A DNA stretch of 40,268 bases. Origin: Patescibacteria group bacterium. Lineage in GTDB: Bacteria > Patescibacteriota > Gracilibacteria > BD1-5 > UBA2023. The stretch lies in contig JASDUA010000002.1 in assembly GCA_041891375.1 (NCBI GenBank), positions 1 through 40,268 on the forward strand, in the 5' to 3' direction. The stretch's first letter is position 1; the number at the start of each line of letters is the position of its first letter. Of this stretch, positions 26,699-32,729 are shown piece after piece. The notes under the pieces are model-generated. The model saw nothing but the letters and a program-made list of their open reading frames with translations. It was not told where the DNA came from and made no database searches. The position numbers and the translations under genes were made by a program.

Positions 26699-28255
26699 CT
26701 AATCGAGGGCCAGCCCGATCGCCCCCACCATTTCACCGAACGACTCCGGAAATTTCCGCGTTACGGCGCCGGCCAGCGTCTTCAGGAAATCGTCGCGCTC
26801 GAGGCCGAGCTCCTTCCCCGCCGCGTACACCTCTTTGTGCTTGCCCGCCTTCGCTCCCGTATCGAGGGCTTCGGCGACCGTATCGGGATCGGAACCCACT
26901 AATGCGGCGAGGTCGTTGGCGATTTCCTTTCCTTTCCGCATGAGCCACGCTTCGGGCCATACGTCGCCCGGAAGGTAGGCCATCCGCGCTTTCATCCAGT
27001 CGTCGAAATCCTCTTCCGGATTCTCGGCCATCTTGCGGGCGTGGCCGACGTTGTCGCCCTCCTTCTTCCTTTGGTCGCCGTCGAAAACCGCCAGAACCGG
27101 ATGGTCCCCGTCCCGCAGGTACGTCGCGGCGAGCTGTCTGGCGAGGCAGTTCGCCGAGCCGATTTCGGTTACGGTGATCCGCGTCCGCTGTTGGGCCGAC
27201 AGCGCGGCGCAGACGAGCGCTTTGGCCACGTCGTCCTCGACCAGGACCTCGAGCTCCTTGCCGGCGACCCCTCCGAGTTTCGAAAAGGCGAACTCCGATG
27301 AGACCGAATCGAGGATCCTCGTCCGACCGTTGACGGTCTCTACGAAGTACCTGGCGTCGCTCGGGAGGCGCTCGAAGATCTCTTTCGAGTGCGTCGTGCA
27401 AATCACTTGGGCATTGAGCTTCAAGCACGCGTCCTTGAGCTTGTCGACGAACCGCCGCTGGGCTTCGGCATGGAGCCCGAGCTCGATCTCGTCGATGACC
27501 AGCAAGGCTCCCTTTCCGCAGTCGTACAGGACGGAAAAGATCTCGAAGAGGGCGTTCTCCCCCGCTCCCATGTTGAAGCCGGAATACACTGTCTCGCCCA
27601 CCTTCACGATGGGAAGGTTGTACTTCGAATATTCGAGGTACCGGAAACTGTCGTACGTCTTTCCGAGGATGGATCCGACGATGTCCTTAACCTCGTCTTC
27701 CCATCCTTTCTGCACCGCGTCCTTGAACGCTTTTGAGTACGACCGCGACTGGCTCCGCTCGGCGTGCGGGACGATCCGGTCGATTCCGAGGAACGCTACG
27801 TTCCGCCGTACCCGGTCCGCGTAGTCGTTCCATTTGCCGCCCCGCTTCTTCGATCGCTTCTGCCAGCCGACGCCCACGCCGTCCGGGAGGGTGTCGCTCT
27901 TCTTCCACTTGTCGTAGGCGATCCCGTACTTGATTTCGATTCCTTGCGGGGACAGTTCCTCCGGATGCTGGACGAAAAAATCCGAGAACGTGTAGTACGT
28001 CGTCTTCCGCTTGGGCAAGCGGTATCCGTCCCTCCTGTTGTGGTAGGCGCAGCATGCGAGGGCGAGAATGGTGGATTTTCCCGCGCCGTTCTTGCCGGCT
28101 ACGGCGACGATCGGGAAGTTGACCGGGAGGTCGAGCCGCGTCAGGCCACGAAGTTCGCCGGTAACGAGGTTGATGTTCCGAAGGAGCGCTTTGGTGTTGT
28201 CGTTGCAGAACCACTCGCGAAGCTTCTTATCGGTCTTTGTCTCGCTGTATTTCAT
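26699..28255 (-). CDS. OLD-like ABC ATPase with C-terminal Toprim/DUF4435-like domain (518 aa)
   Basis: Motifs: Walker A VAGKNGAGKSTIL, Walker B LLVIDEIELGLHAEAQRRF, CTTHS, then ELEVLVEDDVAKALV and LAVFDGDQRKKEG (Toprim-like E...DxD). TAG stop. No internal TGA. Confidence 0.7.
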   Translation of the reverse strand: MKYSETKTDKKLREWFCNDNTKALLRNINLVTGELRGLTRLDLPVNFPIVAVAGKNGAGKSTILALACCAYHNRRDGYRLPKRKTTYYTFSDFFVQHPEELSPQGIEIKYGIAYDKWKKSDTLPDGVGVGWQKRSKKRGGKWNDYADRVRRNVAFLGIDRIVPHAERSQSRSYSKAFKDAVQKGWEDEVKDIVGSILGKTYDSFRYLEYSKYNLPIVKVGETVYSGFNMGAGENALFEIFSVLYDCGKGALLVIDEIELGLHAEAQRRFVDKLKDACLKLNAQVICTTHSKEIFERLPSDARYFVETVNGRTRILDSVSSEFAFSKLGGVAGKELEVLVEDDVAKALVCAALSAQQRTRITVTEIGSANCLARQLAATYLRDGDHPVLAVFDGDQRKKEGDNVGHARKMAENPEEDFDDWMKARMAYLPGDVWPEAWLMRKGKEIANDLAALVGSDPDTVAEALDTGAKAGKHKEVYAAGKELGLERDDFLKTLAGAVTRKFPESFGEMVGAIGLALD

Positions 28256-28449
28256 ACGCTTGAGCGGTTACGTCCGGAATATTCGTTTGATCTTACCAGG
28301 GTTGGGAAAACCGCCTGGACGACTCGGCTCTCGTGGGGAGGAAACGTCGCAGTTCGCCAAATGGTAAGCACGGAACCGACCCCGTCAAGTTTGGCCGTTT
28401 CCGAATCCGCAATCGTCCCGAGAACGTACCTTTTCGATACGTTCCTCAT
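28252..28449 (-). CDS. Possible 65-aa ORF whose TGA overlaps the ATG of the OLD-like gene (ATGA); low confidence
   Basis: Sequence MRNVSKRYVLGTIADSETAKLDGVGSVLTIWRTATFPPHESRVVQAVFPTLVRSNEYSGRNRSSV. Composition looks like protein, but GC3 is only moderate and the region looks intergenic and carries operator-like repeats. Confidence 0.25.
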   Translation of the reverse strand: MRNVSKRYVLGTIADSETAKLDGVGSVLTIWRTATFPPHESRVVQAVFPTLVRSNEYSGRNRSSV

Positions 28450-28455
28450 ACGTTC
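28422..28455. promoter_or_regulatory. Operator-like inverted plus direct repeat upstream of the OLD-like gene
   Basis: GAACGTA (28422-28428), 9 nt, TACGTTC (28438-28444), 4 nt, TACGTTC (28449-28455). Confidence 0.3.
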
Positions 28456-28462
28456 ACCGGTT

Positions 28463-30124
28463 TTATTCCGTACCTTTACCGGGTATCCACTCCGCGCGCT
28501 CCGGCCACTCGACGCCGAACCGGTCGCAGGCCTTCGCGAACGCCGCGAGCACGTCCTCGGCGTGCGCGGCGAACCGAGCGGTTTCGACGACCATGCCCGC
28601 CCGCTTCGCGGCGCGGCCCGAGGCGCGGACTTCGGATTCGAAGGCGTAAGGGAACGCCTCCGCGAGGGCGGCGGCGGACCGCTCCGCCGCTTTCAGGAGT
28701 CCGGCGGGCGGCTTCCGGTTCCTCGTGGCCATGACCTGGACGAGCTCCGGGACGCCCCCTTCCCCGGGCGCCAGTTCGAAGTGCCCGGCCAGTTCTCCGG
28801 ACGGATGGAACGCCGCGAACACCGCCCGTCTTCCGGCCAGGAGCTCCGGCAGGTACCCGGCCAGGCAGTTCGAAGCCTCGTCGGCCTCGGCGATGAGCCG
28901 GCCAGCGGTGCCTATCCGCCTGGCCTCCCACCCTCCCCCGCAGCCGAGGGCGTCGGGGAACGGCGACGGGATCGGGTCTTCGGGAGGCCAGACTTCCCTC
29001 ACGGCCTCCCGGACGGCCGCGGTTTCCTTGCGCGCCCAAGCGCGGCCCGCGGCCGGAAGGTCGGCCGGGTGGTGCCGGCAGAGGGCCCAGAGGACCGCCC
29101 ACGTTCCCGCGCCGAGACGGACCGTTTCCCCGTGGAACGTCCCGGCGAACGTCCTTCCCCCGACGGCGGGGTGCTTCCCCACCTGCTCGGCGAGGTCGGA
29201 AAGCCAGGCCGTCCCGTGCCGGTCCGGAAGCTCGTACGGGCGGCGGCGGAGCGCCTGCCATACGGCCGCCGAGGCTTCCGCGAGCGCCACGCGCCCTTCA
29301 TGGTCGCCGGCGTCGCGAAGGATGCCGGCCGCCCAGCGTGCCGCCTTCAGGAAGCGGCCGAAGTCGGGGGCGCGGGGCCTCCGTTCCGGCGGTACGAGCG
29401 AGAACGCCGCGGCGTAGAACGCGGGGTCGGTCTCGAAGTCCGCCACGGGATACCCACGGGCGCGCGGATGCCAGGCGCCGACGGCCGCGAGCGACCGGAC
29501 GACGTTGGGCTCCGCCCGGAGCTCCCTGCAGAGCGCGGGCAAGAGTTCCGCCCGCGCGTCGATCGCGGCGAGCACGCGTTCCGCCGGTTCCGGAGTGCCG
29601 GCCGCCAGGCCGGCGCACGTCCAAGGCAGGAGCCAAGGGAAGACGGTGACGGCCTGGACCCTCTCCGGGCGCCCGGAGAGCAGGGCGTACTCCCTCCCGG
29701 TCAGCGGGCGCCCGACCGGGAGCTTCAGGAGGTCCCGATCCAGGGCGCCGAGGAACTCTTCGACGGCTCCCGCGACGCGGGCTGCGGCCGGGTCGGTCCC
29801 GTCCGGACCGCAGGCGGCATAGGCGATCCGCAGGGGCTCGAGGATCGGGTCGAAACCCGAGTAGGGTCCGGCGGCGGCCGCCTCCCTGACCGAGGCGCCG
29901 AGGCTCCCGGCGCCGGGTTTCGGACGGTGGCGCCCGTACGACACGGTTTCGTCGGCGGCATGGAAGAGGAAGGAGGACTCCGCGGCCCCGGGCCCGCTCC
30001 ATTCGACCGTAAGCAGCCGGCCTGGAATCCCGACGGCCCGGAGGACGTCCGCGCCCTCGAGGCTGCGGACCAGGCCGGAAACCTTCCCCGAACGGACGGC
30101 GAGGTACTTGCGGCCCGCGTTCAC
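28463..30124 (-). CDS. 553-aa cytoplasmic protein, C-terminus possibly PcfJ-like
   Basis: GTG start at 30124, preceded by GGGAGGGA. The real frame is the C-terminal 553 aa of the track's 854-aa ORF (the N-terminal 300 aa are an Arg-rich shadow of the vWA gene). The stretch EASNCLAGYLPELLAGRRAVFAAFHPSGELAGHFELAPGEGGVPELVQVMATRNRKPP resembles my recollection of the PcfJ-like domain. TAA stop. Confidence 0.55.
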   Translation of the reverse strand: MNAGRKYLAVRSGKVSGLVRSLEGADVLRAVGIPGRLLTVEWSGPGAAESSFLFHAADETVSYGRHRPKPGAGSLGASVREAAAAGPYSGFDPILEPLRIAYAACGPDGTDPAAARVAGAVEEFLGALDRDLLKLPVGRPLTGREYALLSGRPERVQAVTVFPWLLPWTCAGLAAGTPEPAERVLAAIDARAELLPALCRELRAEPNVVRSLAAVGAWHPRARGYPVADFETDPAFYAAAFSLVPPERRPRAPDFGRFLKAARWAAGILRDAGDHEGRVALAEASAAVWQALRRRPYELPDRHGTAWLSDLAEQVGKHPAVGGRTFAGTFHGETVRLGAGTWAVLWALCRHHPADLPAAGRAWARKETAAVREAVREVWPPEDPIPSPFPDALGCGGGWEARRIGTAGRLIAEADEASNCLAGYLPELLAGRRAVFAAFHPSGELAGHFELAPGEGGVPELVQVMATRNRKPPAGLLKAAERSAAALAEAFPYAFESEVRASGRAAKRAGMVVETARFAAHAEDVLAAFAKACDRFGVEWPERAEWIPGKGTE

Positions 30125-30366
30125 GGCGCGTCCCTCCCGTCCCGGTTGATCGTCGCCCGAACCTTCCCGTCCTTGCCCCGGACGAACTCGGAGCCGGGGG
30201 GAAGCCGGAACAGGAACGCGCGCAGGAGTTCGCCGACGTTGGCCGCCACGTCCGCCAGGAGCACGACGCGGCCTCCACGGCGGTTCCTCCATACGGGCGC
30301 CCGCGTCCCCTTCCGGCACCATCCGACCGGGACGAGACCGATCGCGACCAGCAGGATCCTGAACAT
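30121..30366 (-). CDS. 81-aa single-pass membrane protein ending in a TGA that overlaps the next start (GTGA)
   Basis: Sequence MFRILLVAIGLVPVGWCRKGTRAPVWRNRRGGRVVLLADVAANVGELLRAFLFRLPPGSEFVRGKDGKVRATINRDGRDAP. Very high GC3. If TGA=Gly, it would continue for hundreds of codons in a Ser/Pro/Arg-rich off-frame. Confidence 0.55.
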   Translation of the reverse strand: MFRILLVAIGLVPVGWCRKGTRAPVWRNRRGGRVVLLADVAANVGELLRAFLFRLPPGSEFVRGKDGKVRATINRDGRDAP

Positions 30367-30374
30367 GGCGGCCC

Positions 30375-31031
30375 CTACCGGATCCGGACCGGGTAGCGGC
30401 CGTACTGGACGACGGCGGCCCCGGGAGCGGACGAAAAGTAGCGGGTCCAAAAGGCCTCGACCGCCGCGTAGTCCTTCCCGCCCGCGCCGGCGACGTACAC
30501 CTTCGCGCCGGCGAGCGCCGCGGGGGCCGCGAGGTCCTTCTTCCGTCCCGACGCCAGGTCGAAGCGGCCGGTCTCGAGCATGTCCGAAAGGACCACGAGC
30601 GTCTTCCCCGAGTCCGGGGACTGGGAGAACGCCTGCGACGACGCTTCGACGGCGTCGACGATCCTGGTCGCCTTGTCCGGCGACTTCTCCGCGCGCCCGA
30701 GGATCCCGCCGAGGGCGGCCAGGGCGCCCTCTTCGAACTCCTTCCTCCGCTTCCCGTCTGCGAAGCGCCGGCCGGTCGGCGCGGGAGCTTCGGCGTCGAA
30801 GTCGCGGACCCACGAGGCCCGCTCCTTCCCTCCGAGCGCGGCCACCACCAGGCGGTCCCCCGGACGCACGGCCCGGACGACGCCCTCCACGCTTTCCCGG
30901 TACGCGGCCCGTTCTTCCGCGCCCACGCTCGACGACGCGTCGACGAGCACCACGTACGTGCCGGCCCACGCCGGCGAGGCCAGCGCGAGGCACGCGGCGG
31001 CCGCGCAGGCGGCCATTTCCATTGCATCCAT
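30375..31031 (-). CDS. Secreted von Willebrand factor A (vWA)-like protein, 218 aa
   Basis: Signal peptide MDAMEMAACAAAACLALASPAWAG, MIDAS-like VLVDASSSV (DxSxS), LVVLSDM. SD AGGAG upstream. TAG stop. Confidence 0.7.
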   Translation of the reverse strand: MDAMEMAACAAAACLALASPAWAGTYVVLVDASSSVGAEERAAYRESVEGVVRAVRPGDRLVVAALGGKERASWVRDFDAEAPAPTGRRFADGKRRKEFEEGALAALGGILGRAEKSPDKATRIVDAVEASSQAFSQSPDSGKTLVVLSDMLETGRFDLASGRKKDLAAPAALAGAKVYVAGAGGKDYAAVEAFWTRYFSSAPGAAVVQYGRYPVRIR

Positions 31032-31077
31032 TTCCTTCGGCTCCTATCCGATTACCGTCTTTTCACAATTCGCTATC

Positions 31078-31097
31078 CGTACGTTTCACGTACGTTT
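31078..31097. promoter_or_regulatory. Tandem CGTACGTTT repeat (11-nt period) in the spacer before the vWA gene
   Basis: CGTACGTTT at 31078-31086 and 31089-31097. On the coding strand this reads AAACGTACGtgAAACGTACG, about 50-65 nt upstream of the vWA ATG. Confidence 0.3.
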
Positions 31098-32165
31098 TCC
31101 GTCCGCATTCCAATCCCTCCCGATCTCCCCGACGGCCCTCCGGATATCGCCGGCAGGAGGGTCCGGCGGCGGATCGAGCGGCAGGGGTTCGAAGGCTTCC
31201 TCCCCCACCGCGGAGAGCATGTAGTCCGGCGGCAGGCAGCCGGGCGGGCGGTTGGCGAAGTTGTGGTCCCGGTAGGCGGCGACCATCCCGAGGACGCGGT
31301 GGACCGTTGCCGAAGCTTCGTCCCGCGCTTTCGCCCAGGCTTCCGCCCGACGGGAAGCCAACGCGGCGCGCTTCTTCCAGAGCCGCTCCCGCTCGTCCCG
31401 GAGCCGGTCGCACCGCGCGGCGAGCCTCGAGGCCTCGGGATCGGGATCGGCATTCCATGCGGCGAAAGCCGCCGCCGCCAGGTAGCCGAAGCACTGGACG
31501 GCGAGGAACGCCGCCGAATGCCCCACGAGCTCCCCCGCCCCGTCGGCCGCGAGCTGCACTTCCCGAATGGAGGCGAACCCCCAGGCGAAAGCCGCGACCC
31601 CGACGTTCGCGAAGGCGACGGCCCAGCCCGGCAAGCCGCCGGGACGGCCGGCTCCCCTCTGCCTGGCCCAAGTGCCGGTCGCCTTCGCGACGGCGAAGAG
31701 CGACGCCGCGAGGAAAAACGAGTACCAGAGCTTCTCGTTCAGCAGGAACCGGACGGCCGAGGCGGCGAAGTCGCCGAATCCCCCCTCCCCCGCCGGTTCC
31801 GTCGGGACCGGGCCGGCCATCCCGAAGTAGTCGAGCAACCCGTACGCGAGGGCCCATTCGCCGCAGACCGCGACCGCTGCGAACGCCGCGAAGGCCCATC
31901 CCGGCAACGGCTTGCGGTACCGGCGTCCGCCGCATTCCCGCAGGAACTCGGCCTCCGTCCGCACGAGTTCGTCCGAGGTTTCGCGGAGGGACAGGTCGAG
32001 CCGGTTAATCTCGGCCCGGTCCCGCTTGGCCTCCGCGTTCGCCTTCGAGGCGAGTTCGAAGCGCTCCCGGTTGCCCGGGGCGACGAGCCGGGCGGCGAAG
32101 GGCTCGCGGACCTTCGTTCCCGTGGCCGCCGGGCGGAAGCGCCGGAGTTCGAGCACGTCAGCCAT
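31086..32165 (-). CDS. 359-aa membrane protein: N-terminal coiled coil, about 4 TM helices, C-terminal coiled coil
   Basis: Sequence MADVLELRRF...EAKRDRAEINRLDLSLRETSDELVRTEAEF. Hydrophobic segments: GWAFAAFAAVAVCGEWALAYGLL, LWYSFFLAASLFAVA, GWAVAFANVGVAAFAWGF, AFLAVQCFGYLAAAAFAAW. Then RCDRLRDERERLWKKRAALASRRAEAW. SD AGGGAGG upstream. First stop is TGA at 31086. Confidence 0.65.
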   Translation of the reverse strand: MADVLELRRFRPAATGTKVREPFAARLVAPGNRERFELASKANAEAKRDRAEINRLDLSLRETSDELVRTEAEFLRECGGRRYRKPLPGWAFAAFAAVAVCGEWALAYGLLDYFGMAGPVPTEPAGEGGFGDFAASAVRFLLNEKLWYSFFLAASLFAVAKATGTWARQRGAGRPGGLPGWAVAFANVGVAAFAWGFASIREVQLAADGAGELVGHSAAFLAVQCFGYLAAAAFAAWNADPDPEASRLAARCDRLRDERERLWKKRAALASRRAEAWAKARDEASATVHRVLGMVAAYRDHNFANRPPGCLPPDYMLSAVGEEAFEPLPLDPPPDPPAGDIRRAVGEIGRDWNADGKRT

Positions 32166-32364
32166 TCGCGACCTCCCTTGCCTTCCGTACGCCCGTCTCC
32201 GGCACGGCCGCCGGCGCCGCAGCTTCCGCGGTTCCGGCGTTCCCGTACGTCGCGACCGCGACTCCGTGCCCGCGTGACGGATACCCGTTCCGCCCGTCGC
32301 GCGCCCCGGTCCAACCGGGGTCCGCCGACAGGACCCTCGCCAAGATTTCCCACAGTCCGCCCAT
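32158..32364 (-). CDS. 68-aa protein, first gene of the operon; its TGA stop lies inside the start of the next gene (ATGGCTGA)
   Basis: Sequence MGGLWEILARVLSADPGWTGARDGRNGYPSRGHGVAVATYGNAGTAEAAAPAAVPETGVRKAREVANG. Strong SD GGAAGGAG 7 nt upstream. High GC3. Confidence 0.5.
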   Translation of the reverse strand: MGGLWEILARVLSADPGWTGARDGRNGYPSRGHGVAVATYGNAGTAEAAAPAAVPETGVRKAREVANG

Positions 32365-32594
32365 TTTCGACTCCTTCCCGAACGCTCTCCGAAAAGCCGG
32401 CCCCCTCTCGGGAGTCCCGGCGGCGGAACCGTGGATTTTCGGCCCGCTTGGTTTGAACACTATTCGGACTAAAACCGGAAGTCAACCGAAAGCTATACGG
32501 TTTTTATACGTTAAGCGGTTTTTTGCCGTACCTTTTACGACCGCTAACGATGCGCTTTTGCCCCGGACAAATTTCCCTACGGGATCCGGCCTGC

Positions 32595-32638
32595 GCGGCT
32601 TCCGCGCCCGGCGGACGGGCCGCCTCCGCGGAAGCCGC
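32595..32638. other. 12-bp perfect GC-rich hairpin about 95 nt 3' of the pilin-like target 2 stop
   Basis: GCGGCTTCCGCG (32595-32606), 20-nt loop, CGCGGAAGCCGC (32627-32638). No T-run on either side. Confidence 0.45.
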
Positions 32639-32729
32639 TGCGGTCCTCCCATGGGTGGCGCAGGGCATAAAAAACCGCTCCTCCCGATGATGGGAAGGGC
32701 CGGTTTTCGAGCAAGCATCGGAGCGCTTC

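Larger units (their letters stand above)
25530..32111. repeat. Copy 1 of a long direct repeat (period 8157 bp); apparently 100% identical to 33687-40268
   Basis: Six-frame translations of both copies are identical in every listed frame, and spot-checked bases match. The last mismatch is at 25529/33686. Homology continues with falling identity down to the VRs (24537 / 32739). Confidence 0.85.

Noticed and set aside
27764-32008. A 1414-aa + strand ORF, repeated at 35921-40165.
   Set aside because: It has extreme Arg/Pro/Gly/Ser composition and no motifs. It lies antisense to six well-formed minus-strand genes. This is a typical stop-free shadow frame in GC-rich DNA.
32365-32729. Small ORFs (32453-32740 +, 32482-32718 -) and a possible sigma70-type promoter (TTGACT-17 nt-TAGTGT on the minus strand, about 32457-32485).
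   Set aside because: The ORFs are Arg/Pro-rich with no start context. The promoter match has a weak -10, and the promoter consensus of this lineage is unknown, so it is not reported as a feature.
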